Below, piece after piece: positions 1-11,992 of a DNA stretch of 41,423 nt. Positions within the stretch are counted from its first letter, which is position 1. Each line of letters begins with the position of its first letter. The stretch is from Paraspadella gotoi. Its lineage: Eukaryota > Animalia > Chaetognatha. Position numbers and translations under genes: made by a program. The notes below the pieces were generated by a model. The model did no database searches and had not been told where the DNA came from. It worked only from the letters and a program-made list of their open reading frames with translations. The DNA lies in the NCBI GenBank assembly GCA_051294375.1, contig CM119269.1:5902408-5943830 (forward strand), in the 5' to 3' direction.

Positions 1-148
1 AAACAGAAATTGGGCGATTTCGGAAAATAGTGCCATAGTCTCCTTAATGAGTCTCTGATTCTTTAGCGTCTAAGTATCAGACGAGAGAAACTCGTCTTGA
101 TTAAGTCTTTCGAATTCGGATTAAAAAAAAGAAAAAAGAAAAACCGAC

Positions 149-529
149 CTTTGGAGGTTCCTTGTCTTTGATGAAAAAGTTGCACCAGTTGCCCTCCACT
201 CTTTGCTGCTGCTGTTGTTGTTGTTGTTGTTGTTGTTGAACCTCGCCCACTCCAGCGGGATAGCGGGCGGGCAATCTTCCGTTGCTGTAGTAGGCGTTGC
301 CGATTGCGCTGTTGTTGAATGCGGCGAAGGCGGTGTTGTCCGCCCTGTAGATGTTGTTGTTGTTGGCGTTGCCAGAATGGGCGTTGACGTATTTGCGGCG
401 TCGCGGGTCCGCGTTTCCGGCGCCGGGTTTCGCGTTGTAGAAAAACATTTCCGGTCTGTCAGAGGATCTTTGTGAACGACGAGCGAGTTGGCGACGACTT
501 CCGGCGATGGCCGAATGAACGTCGGGCAT
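149..529 (-). CDS. Probable coding exon of an unidentified gene (Asn/Gln-rich, polyQ), continuing leftwards beyond the intron
   Basis: GC-rich open frame of 127 codons, MPDVHSAIAG...QQQQQQQQQQQQRVEGNWCNFFIKDKEPPK, ending at a donor-like AAG|GTCGGT followed by T-rich intron-like sequence. In-frame TAA upstream at 557-559. No family recognised; the start could instead be the ATG of MFFYNAK. Confidence 0.55.
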
Positions 530-573
530 CACGGCGAGGGGTTGGGCATTACGGCATTATGGCGTTACGGCAT
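529..573 (-). promoter_or_regulatory. Candidate chained uORFs: MP* (573-565), MP* (557-549), MPNPSP* (549-529)
   Basis: Minus strand reads ATGCCGTAA cgccata ATGCCGTA-ATGCCCAACCCCTCGCCGTG-ATGCCCGAC, with TAATG and TGATG stop/start overlaps. Confidence 0.4.
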
Positions 574-1976
574 CGACTTTCGTCCGATACAGAGACGGTC
601 CCTAATGCTTGTTGTTTAAGACTGATTTTTTTTTTTCGATTAGTTAATAAATGATTATTTTGAAGAAAAAAAATTTCGAAGTTGTTTTCTTGTTTTTCAG
701 TCGAACCTTTGGACTCGAAAAATGTTTTTAATTTTATTTTGGTTTTTTTAACCTAAGCTTTGACTCTTTTTGTCGCGTTTAGGATTCGGAAATAAATCGG
801 CTCACACGCTCGCGAGATAATTATATAGAAATATTCAAATGAAGAAAGTTTTTATTAAAAAAATTTTTTTGCGCTAATAACTAATCTCGGCACAAAAATA
901 AAAGCCAAAGAGCCAACCCACAAAGATGGCAACCAGACAACCTGACAGTCACTTAGGGAGAAAAGAATGGTTAAGCCTTAAGTCGAAAAACCAAATTGGG
1001 TCCTAAGGCGCGGGAAAGAAACTGGAGAGAAGGGAAAAAATGTGGGAGCCGAATAAATGAATAAACGATCAAAGGGGTGACGCCCATTTACCCATGGGTG
1101 CCCGGGCGACGTGGGCATCGTGACCTCAAAAACAGGCGGGTGAAGGCTAAGACGACGACGGCGACGACACCGGGGTATCATGACCCAGGCGTCGTTAATG
1201 ACGCGACTGACAAGGACGGCGCTGACAACGCTGACAGGCGATATCAATGACTTCGATGACAACTGTCGTAACGAAAATGACAACGACGAAAACCTTGGAC
1301 GAATCAAAGCTACGGAGGAAAGTGAGAACTCGTGTTTTGACACGAGATGGAAAAACAAAACCAAACGGCCGTGTATCCAAAATAACGTCGAAAAAAAAAA
1401 ANNNNNNNNNNNNNNNNNNNNNNNNNNNNNNNNNNNNNNNNNNNNNNNNNNNNNNNNNNNNNNNNNNNNNNNNNNNNNNNNNNNNNNNNNNNNNNNNNNN
1501 NNNNNNNNNNNNNNNNNNNNNNNNNNNNNNNNNNNNNNNNNNNNNNNNNNNNNNNNNNNNNNNNNNNNNNNNNNNNNNNNNNNNNNNNNNNNNNNNNNNN
1601 NNNNNNNNNNNNNNNNNNNNNNNNNNNNNNNNNNNNNNNNNNNNNNNNNNNNNNNNNNNNNNNNNNNNNNNNNNNNNNNGTCATACGTCAAACGTCATAC
1701 GCGTCACCGCCGTCGCGCGTCACTCGACCCTTCCGGGTCAAGGCTCGCTCAGCCGGTTCCCCTCTCTCTTTATTCCATCTGCTATCGAAACTCTCTTCTC
1801 TTAACATTTCTCTTTTCTATTATAATAATAATAATAATAATAATATTAATAATAATTCATAATAATTCATAATTCCTACTATATTTCGTATCCTCTCTTT
1901 CTTGATTCTTTCATCGAAACTTCCTCTCCTCTCTTAACATTTCTCTTTTCCTACGATATTTCGTATCCTCTCTTTT

Positions 1977-2610
1977 GTAACCTTTCCTACAATCTCCCTC
2001 GCATCTCTCAATCCTTCTCTTTTCTATTATCTTTCCTATCTTTCGTTTTTTTTACCTCTCTTCCATTCTACCTCACTCTCTCCTCCGTTCTTTTGTTTTC
2101 TCTTTTTTTCTTTTCTCGTCCCTTCCACAGCCCACCACTCAGACCCTTCCATTTCCCTCCCCCCCCCCAAAAAGTTTATCTCAGGGTTCAATTTCTTTAT
2201 CTTTTCGCTTCCGCTAAAATCTGAACACGAGATCGTGTTTAGACCGACGTCATAATTGTATTCTTTCTGGAGAAAAAGCGGCGTCTCTTAGCAACCAATA
2301 AAGGCTCGAAAGGAACGAGTGGACGATATATCGGAAATACATACCGCATTTATTTATTAGATTTGAACCCGATAAACTGTACGTATCGCTCAACACGGGT
2401 TTAACGGACTCTTGTCGCACCTGGGGCTTGAAAAAATTGGAAAAAGAATTTGATAAGTCTAAACTTTATAAAAAGAAAATTAATTGAAAAAAAAAAGAAC
2501 AGAGGAGTGAGTGAGGAAGAATGAAAGAGAGGTGAGGAAAACGAAAGATAGGAAAGATAAAAGAAAAGAGCAGGGTTGAGAGATGCGAGGGTGATTCTAT
2601 GAAAGGTTTA
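1977..2610. repeat. Imperfect inverted repeat, arms about 115 bp (about 1977-2092 and 2495-2610), spacer about 400 bp
   Basis: ccctcgcatctctcaa...atctttcctatctttcgtttt in the left arm is the reverse complement of aaaacgaaagataggaaagat...ttgagagatgcgaggg in the right arm. Confidence 0.8.
2345..2420 (-). other. Candidate 76-nt exon
   Basis: Minus strand has a T-rich tract plus CCCCAG acceptor, then an open frame VRQESVKPVLSDTYSLSGSNLINKC, then a GTATGT donor. No homology recognised. Confidence 0.3.
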
Positions 2611-3299
2611 ACACATCATGCTGTGAATATTTAAATCGGGTCATAGAAAATAATATCATTAGTTAAAATACCGTTGAAAGTTTTCTCTAAATTAATTTCA
2701 CTTTTTTTAAAATTTATTTACCCCTCTAAAAAAAATTCCCTCCTGCGTATAATCTAACTAATATTTTTTAGGCTTTTTATTCTTATTTTACGGGAGAAAA
2801 AAGTTAATTTCCAGTGGGTGTTTAATAAAACAAAAAAATTTATCCAATAAGAAATGGTAAGGGTTCTTTTTGTGTCATTCTCAAAATGATTAATTTGGGC
2901 CTAAAAATTATGAGGTTGCGACATCTCGCCTTTCTTTTTTTCACTCAAGATCGAGGCAGAAGTGAACGACGAAAGAGAAGGAGAAAAACTCGTGAAACGG
3001 TGAGCCTGGTGAGCCGACTAAAGTCGGGTAAGTTCGCTAAGACGTCGGAAAAGAAGGAGAGGTTTTAAGCGCCCGTGTCGACTGAAGATTAAAAGGTTCG
3101 AGCTTCCGGCGTTGAGAAAAAAAAATGGCGGAGGGAAAGAGGGAGAATAGATGTTTTAAGAGAGGGAGAGGGAGTAGGGGAAGAGGGTGAGGGGAGGGAA
3201 AAGGGGAGGGAGAGGGAAAAAGGGTGATTTAAGAAAGAAGAAGGAAAAGGAAGGTAAGGGAGACGCTGAGGGTGGAAAGGGTTAAGAGGAGGGAGAGGG

Positions 3300-4720
3300 T
3301 GAGGGGAGGAGTTTAAAGAGAAGAGTGGGAGGAAGCAGGGAGGGGAGGAGAAGAGAGGAAAAGAGAGGAGAACTTAAAGAGAGGAAGGGTTGGAGTTTAA
3401 CTCAAGGGAGTTAAAGAGGGAGTTCAGAGAAGAGAGGTGGAGGAGAAGANNNNNNNNNNNNNNNNNNNNNNNNNNNNNNNNNNNNNNNNNNNNNNNNNNN
3501 NNNNNNNNNNNNNNNNNNNNNNNNNNNNNNNNNNNNNNNNNNNNNNNNNNNNNNNNNNNNNNNNNNNNNNNNNNNNNNNNNNNNNNNNNNNNNNNNNNNN
3601 NNNNNNNNNNNNNNNNNNNNNNNNNNNNNNNNNNNNNNNNNNNNNNNNNNNNNNNNNNNNNNNNNNNNNNNNNNNNNNNNNNNNNNNNNNNNNNNNNNNN
3701 NNNNNNNNNNNNNNNNNNNNNNNNNNNNNNNNNNNNNNNNNNNNNNNNNNNNNNNNNNNNNNNNNNNNNNNNNNNNNNNNNGAGGGAGTTCAGAGAAGAG
3801 AGGTGGAGGAGAAGAGAGGAACAGAGAGGAAAAGAGAGTAGAACTTAAAGAGAGGAAGGGTTGGAGTTTAACTCANNNNNNNNNNNNNNNNNNNNNNNNN
3901 NNNNNNNNNNNNNNNNNNNNNNNNNNNNNNNNNNNNNNNNNNNNNNNNNNNNNNNNNNNNNNNNNNNNNNNNNNNNNNNNNNNNNNNNNNNNNNNNNNNN
4001 NNNNNNNNNNNNNNNNNNNNNNNNNNNNNNNNNNNNNNNNNNNNNNNNNNNNNNNNNNNNNNNNNNNNNNNNNNNNNNNNNNNNNNNNNNNNNNNNNNNN
4101 NNNNNNNNNNNNNNNNNNNNNNNNNNNNNNNNNNNNNNNNNNNNNNNNNNNNNNNNNNNNNNNNNNNNNNNNNNNNNNNNNNNNNNNNNNNNNNNNNNNN
4201 NNNNNNNNNNNNNNNNNNNNNNNNNNNNNNNNNNNNNNNNNNNNNNNNNNNNNNNNNNNNNNNNNNNNNNNNNNNNNNNNNNNNNNNNNNNNNNNNNNNN
4301 NNNNNNNNNNNNNNNNNNNNNNNNNNNNNNNNNNNNNNNNNNNNNNNNNNNNAGAGAAGAGAGGTGGAGGAAAAGAGAGGAAAAGAGAGGAAAAGAGAGT
4401 AGAACTTAAAGAGAGGAAGGGTTTGAGTTTAACTCAAGGGGCTTAGAGAGGGAGTTCAGAGAAGAGAGGTGGAGGAGAAGAGAGGAAAAGAGAGTAGAAC
4501 TTAAAGAGAAGAAGGGTTGGAGTTTAACTCAAGCGGGTTAGAGAGGGAGTTCAAAGAAGAGAGGTGGAGGAGAAGAGAGGAAATAGAGTAGAACATAAAG
4601 AGAGGAATGGTTCGAGTTTAACTCAATAGTGGTTAGAGAGGGAGTTCAGAGAAGAGAGGTGGAGGAGAAGAGAGGAAAAGGAGTAGAACTTCAAGAGAGG
4701 AAAGGGAGGAGTTGAACTCG
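3300..4720 (+). repeat. Purine-rich minisatellite, unit about 95 bp, interrupted by two N gaps
   Basis: Unit agaacttaaagagaggaagggttggagtttaactcaa...gagttcagagaagagaggtggaggagaagagaggaaaagagagt starts at about 3369, 3840, 4401, 4496, 4590 and 4685. Confidence 0.9.
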
Positions 4721-5961
4721 AGGATGAGGGAGGTAAAGGAGAATTTCCTCTTCAGATGCAGATTAAGAGGATCACATTCGGCTGCTTGTGAAGAAGTGAA
4801 AACTTGAAGAGGAGGAGGAGTAGGAGGAGGAGGAGGAGGAGGAGGGGCGATGAAGACGTGAGACGAAGGAGAAGGGAATTAAAAATGCAAGGACGAGAAG
4901 GAGAGGAGAATAGAGAAAAGGGAAACAAAAAAGGTAAAAGAATTAAGATGTGAGAGATAGGTAAATTTGAAAAAAAAATAAGATTAGGTGTAAAAAATGA
5001 AAAGTATTAAATGTATTACGTTAATGAGTAGGGCGATGAATTAATGATGGGAAATGGTGAAATCTTGGAAGCGTGAAATAATGTGAAGAACACGATTGAT
5101 AAGAAAGACGCAGACAGAAGCTCTAGACTGGCTGGGTTTTATCATGAAAAAGAAAACGGAAAGAAAACGGAAAGAAAAAGAATCGTAAAAAAAAACAAAC
5201 CAGAAAACAGAAAAAAAAAGAAAAAAAGAAAAGAAAAAAAAGAAATAAAATTCCTCGGCCTTTTTTCGAATTCAAGATTGAAGATAATAATAAAAAGGAG
5301 ATCTTTCAACCTCTTTCATTTCCCAAGAGGCTTTCAATTCTTCTTTTCATTGTCCCCTTTGGATTCTTCCCTTTTTGTCACTCTTTCCCTCTCACTCTTG
5401 CCCCACTACCCCACTCGCCACCCCATTCACCACTCCCGATGACATTCAGCCCTTCAACCCGCTAACTCAACCCCAGCCCTTCCCCTCGCCGTACTTAAAA
5501 TGCAAAGCAGTCAAGTTGGCCGGTGGTGCGGCCAAGTGAGAATAATTTCTCTCCCTGCATTCAAATATGCCCGCGGAATTTCCCGCCAGCGATCTGGCCC
5601 AGCGAATCTGGGAGAGAGGGAGAGAGAGAGGGGACGAGAGGAGAGAGAGAGAGAGAGTAAAAGAGAGAGAGAGAGAGTAGACGAGAAGAGAGACGAGAGA
5701 GAGAGAGAAGGAAATGAAGGAAAGAAAGAAAAAAACATATGTAGTATGTAGAAATCGTAAGCTTCAAACCATATCTCTATGTAACATATTTTCAACCGAC
5801 CTATTTCCGGCAACACATTCTCGCCAGCAAATTCCGGTTGCGCGACGAAAACTGATGCGCGCGGTCAAAGCGTAAACAGAGAAAAATGTTTTTTTTTTTC
5901 AGGTTTTCTGTCAGTCACGCCTCCACTTACTTAGCCTTTTCTTCAACTCGGGAGCTTTTTT

Positions 5962-6052
<91 letters not shown>

Positions 6053-6591
6053 GTTCATTTCTAATTCCATCTCACCCGCGAGCCAAGTCTGCGTTGCCCC
6101 CAAAGAAAATTCCACTTTTTAAAAAGAAAAAAAGTTTGAAAAATTCCTCGTCGTTTGAACTTGTGGAAAATCCGGAAACCTTGGACGCCTGAACCTCCTT
6201 TGGATTCTGAAAGGGGAGAGTAAATCAAGATATCAAGGCGAAAGGAAAGAGAGACAGGAAAAGGAGGAAGGAAAGGGATAAAGAGAAGAAGGAAATACAG
6301 ATACTAATAAAGAAAAAGAAAAGAAGAAAGAAAGAAAGAAAGAAAAGAAAGAAGAAAGAAAGAAAATAAAAAGAGGAAAAAAAAAACAACGAAACAAAGA
6401 AGTAAAAATCAAAAAAATAAGAGCAAATCAAGATGAAAAAATAAACAAAGAACAAAAAGAAAAAATAAATAAAAGAGCACGAAAAGCAATAATAAACTAA
6501 CAAACATAGTAAACTAAGAGAGAAAGTACAAATGAAGAATAAGTCCACAAGTTTCTTGAAATAATAAAAGAAAGGAAAGCGACGCCAAGTC

Positions 6592-6627
<36 letters not shown>

Positions 6628-6770
6628 ACGAGACCCGACCGGCGACCACAATGCCCCGGCTGCTTTTTTGATCGTCACGCCGGGCTCCTTAAAGAGGCGA
6701 AGTGGTAACTGGTAAGTGAAAACCGGGAGCCTCTGCTTCCCCATCCCCACCTTCGCTGCCAGCCATTGTT

Positions 6771-6802
<32 letters not shown>

Positions 6803-7716
6803 TTTCAAATGGGATTTTATTCTGAGTGGAGATACAATAACAAAAACCCGATTCAACGAATAGCAAAAGTTTTTTGTTTTTTTTTTGGTAATTAACAACG
6901 CGTTGCGCTTTTGTTATTCCGCTGACTGACTCTCGCTTTTTGAATTCGAGAAACACAATAAACTAATTAAAAACAACACTATATTCATATGCTTCTATTT
7001 ATATCACATTTAAGATCGTTGGACAGGGTTTGTTTTTGGAGTACATATTTTTAAGTTAGTCCTATATTTTACTTTTACAATTTGGCAAATTTCTTTCTAT
7101 TTCTAAGTGATCAAATCCAAAATAGGTTTGCCCGCTAGTACAATTAAAGATTAATAAAGTATATTCACAAATATATCACAAAAATCACCTATGTTTCACG
7201 TTTTACCTTCAATTGTATATTTAATATAAACATTGTTCGTGCTTTCACGTCGTTTCAGGCGAGAGATCAACCGCATATATCTTCCACGGATTCCATTGGA
7301 CAAATTACAATAACACCAATGACTACATTGACAAGTAATGAATTCTCCGTCAAAACTCCGCTTCCTCTTTTCCATCGCTGAGAATCGCTGATCTCGGCGG
7401 AGCGATGAATTTCATCATGACGACTTCGTGTTGAGGCGTCGGATTCGACGAAGAGTTTGAAAGCGAAGTAGTCGAACTCGATCTAGGAAAAGGAGGGGGG
7501 TGGGTGGGTTGGGTAATGGGGGGTGGGATGGTGTTTGTGTGGGTAAAGGGGCCGGGTGGTGAGGGGGAAAGGAATGGCGAAGCTGCGGACTCGGTGGATA
7601 TGAACTGAAAGACCACTTGAATCAGAGTATGAAAATAGAAATGAAAACTGAAATAGCTATCGTTTAATTTATGATTATTTCGAATATTCGGAAACTTTAG
7701 GGTTTATATATGTAGT

Positions 7717-7902
7717 CGGGCAATTGCCTAGGTTCACACCGCCTATAAGCATGACACCTCCAGTCCTGAACCGTGGCTCATTGAGTAAAGCCATTCAGCT
7801 CATGGCCACTAGGTACCGGTTCATTCCCAACCTGGTACCTACCTGCGGGAAGTGTGTGGACGCCCGTAAGACCCTTGGGGGCGTGTTCAAGATACCCAGG
7901 AC
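7717..7902. mobile_element. 186-bp GC-rich, multi-hairpin insertion (MITE/SINE-like or structured RNA); second copy at about 16868-17052 within the duplicated block
   Basis: Flanked by the direct repeat ATGTAGT (7710-7716, 7903-7909). Hairpins: CTGAA..TGGCT/AGCCA.TTCAG, TAGGTACC.GGTT/AACC.T.GGTACCTA, ACGCCC/GGGCGT. Sits in AT-rich DNA. Confidence 0.5.
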
Positions 7903-9700
7903 ATGTAGTAATATTTTAATTAGCCTCCAATTTTAAGTAATTAACTTTCGTTCAAATTTTGTCTCTCTAGATTTTCTCAGTTTTCAAGAGTTTAAATATT
8001 TCATAGATTCCCAGGAACTCAGCGCCTATTTTGTAAACATTTGTTCTAAGTTAGAATAAACAAAGGAAGAGAGACGAGAGGGAGGCCAGATTTTAGTACA
8101 TTCCATTTTTAGATCTCAAGGGAGTAAGACGCAATATTTTAACAACATGTTTGATTTACTAATACAACTTTTGGCAATCTTACAATTATTTCAGGTAACT
8201 TCAAAAAATAAGACTAGTCAGTCATGTACCACTAGCTCTCTATCTGTCATCTATTGAGGGTCACAGGTCACGTTACCGGACATGTGGCCAGCGTTGTTCG
8301 CTTAACGACAGCCTCGAAGTTATCTGTACGGCGCGTATGATTGTTTTGTCCGAGTTGATAAGGGGTACATATAAGATTTTTTTTCTTTTCCCAATTAAAA
8401 ACAAATGCATTGTAAAGTGAAGAAATTTTTCTTTTAAAATGTTTAGTAATTTTTTTGTTTTTGTTTTAGCCTTTCTGACATTAGAATATGATTTTATGAT
8501 TAGGAAAAATTTTTTTTTTGGGATATTTCTTACTCGAAAACCAAAACATTAACCTAAAGCCAAATAAATGGATCACGACTGTTTCTTATTACGTCAGTTG
8601 AATTCGAGTCAACTGGCTAAGACCGAATATTTTTATTTTCACGTCTCAATCGACGTCCAGTCATCCGAAACAAACGAATTTCTCTAGTTTTCTTTCTTCT
8701 CATTCCGACTTGTAAAAGAATCTTTCTCGGACTTTCAACGATTCAACGAATTTTTTAATGGATAAGTAAAGTTTTCGGATTTTGACTGACATAAAATTAT
8801 TAATTAAGTGTAAACGGATGGTGATCTATGTTTTAACGAATTTCGACGTTGTTTGGTTAATTATTTATTTTTGCTCGGTACCTATTTAAATTGTTTTTCG
8901 CATGAATTTCTTTTGTTTATCTCTGCCCACGGTTGAAACGAACAATGATAGGATGGCACGGTATGTTACAAAGATTGGGGAATTGGGTCGAATAATATAA
9001 ACGAGATTGAACAGGAATTTTCCTTCCATGTCTGCTAGAGGGGTTATAGAAGTTACGATAGTCATCTTTGCCCACTTATCGCCTTATCCACATATATATC
9101 TAATTAACTTTTAGTCCATGTATTGCAAGTATCAAGAATTGGTCGGTATTCGGAGAGGACGAAATAATAAAATGATGACAAATACCATTAACCTTTTTGA
9201 CTGGTGTTTTTTGTTTCGCATTCTTTTCTTTATTTTAAAATAAAAAAAAAACCTTCTGGTTGTCGAATTTCGTTCTCTTCCTGATGTACTCAGATCGGGG
9301 TAGGGAGTCTTGTAAGTGAATCCCCACGCGTAGGGACAGCCAGGGAACCGATGACCGTGTTGTCCCTGAAAATTTTTCACATTTAATTAATTCTTTATTT
9401 ATTTAATTATTATCGGATTGTTTCCGATTTTTCCCTTAAAATTTCTTTCGGCGAGATTGGAGTTTTCTAGTCCTATGACAGTTTTGGCTATTTGCCAACA
9501 ATGTTATTTAAGGTTTAAGGGATACCCACTCTATCTCTCTTTATCGTCGCGTCATCGGTCCAAACCGTGGTGAGTCCGCAGCAAGATCTAAATGAATAGG
9601 CCCGCGAATGTCGCTAACTGTTGATGGTGAGGTTCTTGGCAGTTGCCGCCACCGATTGATGGAGGGTGAGGCACCGTTACTGCAGCCCCAGCACATAGAT

Positions 9701-9744
<44 letters not shown>

Positions 9745-11923
9745 GAGAGAGAGAGAGAGAGAGGAGAGGGGGAGTAGGGAGGACAAAGAGCTTGAACGAC
9801 GAAAATAAAGAAGGATAAGAAGGACGAAACAAAGAGAGATCGGGAAAGCGAGAGATATGAGACAGAGAGGAGAAAGAAAGAGAGAGAGAGATAACCTGAT
9901 CGGAAAAAATGCAAATGGTTCGTCGCATTATCTTAAAATAGTAAGTAGTTGGGATCGGAGGAGAAATGTGTCCTCCATTTCTATTCAGTTCTTTCTCGCT
10001 CATCATTTTTATTCGCGCTCGATTTAGGAGAAAACGAAATTAGATTTTTTTTTTAAATCCTCAATTTGATTTTTTTTTTTCTAAGCGAATTCGTCTATAG
10101 AACGATTAAGACGAAAATGTAGGTAATACGGATGTTACAAGAAAGGTTTTGGTGAAAATTTAAAATTTAAATTCACTTACTACAAAACCAAAGATATCGA
10201 TGCCTTTAAATCAGATCAATGAAAGGAAAATTAATCACAAGAGAAAAATGTTGTGTTTATTTTTTTTTGTTTCATTGCATTGGTTATAATAATATCAAAT
10301 TAAAAAGTTAAGTTTAAAAGTAAAGAAAGAAAAAGAAAAAAGAAAAAAGGAAAAAAAGGAAATAAAGAAATAAAGAAATAAAGAAATAAAGAAAGAAAAA
10401 AGAAAGAAAGATTTTAAAAAAAGATTAAAAATGTATGAAAACAAATGACTTCACTCACCGCCGCCTCAATAGTAAAGCAATTTATTGTTTTTTCAACGAT
10501 TTATTGTCTTTCCGTTCGGGCGCGCTAATTCGAAGTCGGAAGAGGGCGCTCTCGTTCGATTACGCGGATTTGATTTATTTGAGAAGTTTTGATCTTTTTC
10601 GCGCGGGATCCGCATTTCGTCGAGTGGCTCGCCCACCATCGCTCGCACGCGTGAATGAAGGAGGATTGGGGTCGAAGTTCAAAGGAATGTTTTTATAGAA
10701 TTCGGCTGGCTTAAAATTTGACGATATGAACACAATTTCATTAAATTAATTTGATTACCTATGTATCCACTATGGACGCTTTCTGGTAGTTTCAATTGAT
10801 ATGATTCATTCAAATCTCCAGGTAAATTAATTATTACTTACATATAAAAACTTTGAAAATTTTAGCTGTTGTAAAATGGATAAAAAAGAAACACTACCAA
10901 ATAACGTTTATGTATGTATGACATTAAATTCCTAATTCTTTTCAGGGCGACGTGTGCAACGGCCTACGCTCCCTCATCGAGTGTCAAAAAGAGAAAAACT
11001 TACAAAAGAAAAAAAAGGAAAAAAGTTTCATGGGTTTACACCACAGGGATTAATTCTCAATTACTCGTCACATTCGTTCACCTCTCTCTTTCGCTCTCTC
11101 TCTCTCTCCTCTCTCTTTTTGCTCCTTTTCCGTCGCGTTTTTTATTCTATTTTCTCTTCTCCGAGTCGCTCCTTTGTCTTATTCTTTCTTGTTTTTCGGC
11201 CAGATGCAATGCGAATTAAATCGATTGACAATTGGTCTTTGTCACCGTTTAATTTTGGTCGTTGATTTTAAAAGATTTTAAAGTTGTAAAAGGTTTGATA
11301 TAGTCCTTCGATTAAAAATCATTAAATAACTCAGTTTTCGAACTAATTCCGAACGCTGAGACACTTTTTAAAAGTTACACCACCAATTTTTTTCCCCCAT
11401 AACTTATTCAAAATTGAAAATGATTTCATCCCGACTGAATTTCGGCTACTGATTTCTGCGACGTTTCGACGGATCTCTCCACGCAGGCAACGCCTCTTCA
11501 ATCAAACTCATGTTCATATCCCAGTCAATCATTCCGACAATTTTAAATTCGAAAAGAAAAAGGAGAAAAAAAATTTAAAAAGATTTATTTTAATATCCAT
11601 CTTATTCTAAGCAGAAGCGAGATCCTTATCATCGATCTATAAAACCTCTTATATATATTTAACTTTTAATCTTTTTACAATCAATCTAATTATCCATCAT
11701 TGTTCTCAAGCGCAATAAAGAACGCAGAAGAATCTTTTCACCAATTGATTGTTTCATTTATTACTGAATAATTCACGATTCGTTTTTTAAATATTGTCAA
11801 TGAAGATCAGAGAAGATCTTAAAATTTGGTTGCTCTAAATGAATCGAGACAGAGTAACGATCCGAAACCTGGCTTAGTTTTCCTTCGAAAGCCAAACTTT
11901 TGATCAAATTAAGGTGTGGGTTT

Positions 11924-11992
<69 letters not shown>

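Noticed and set aside
978-1872. Long ORFs spanning N runs, also at 3390-4409 and 39907-40700
   Set aside because: They are open only because the gaps contain no stop codons.
2950-3027. Plus-strand exon-like segment with AG and GTAAGT
   Set aside because: No partner exons or recognisable product; splice-like motifs alone are insufficient.
3300-4720. CRISPR-like periodic repeat
   Set aside because: The whole unit repeats with no unique spacers, there are no cas genes, and the context is eukaryotic.
5500-6548. ORFs rich in ER/SL/F/K, here and at 9.5-10 kb, 15-15.7 kb, 18.7-19.1 kb and 36.8-37.6 kb
   Set aside because: They are translations of (GA)n/(CT)n and A/T-rich low-complexity tracts.
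7140-7616. Pro/Ser-rich and Cys-rich minus-strand ORFs, also at 16274-16768
   Set aside because: Frames differ between the two copies and no domain is recognisable; a UTR exon cannot be excluded.
7760-7806. SECIS-like ATGA...GA hairpin on the minus strand
   Set aside because: No apical AA, the quartet geometry does not fit, and no selenoprotein is nearby.
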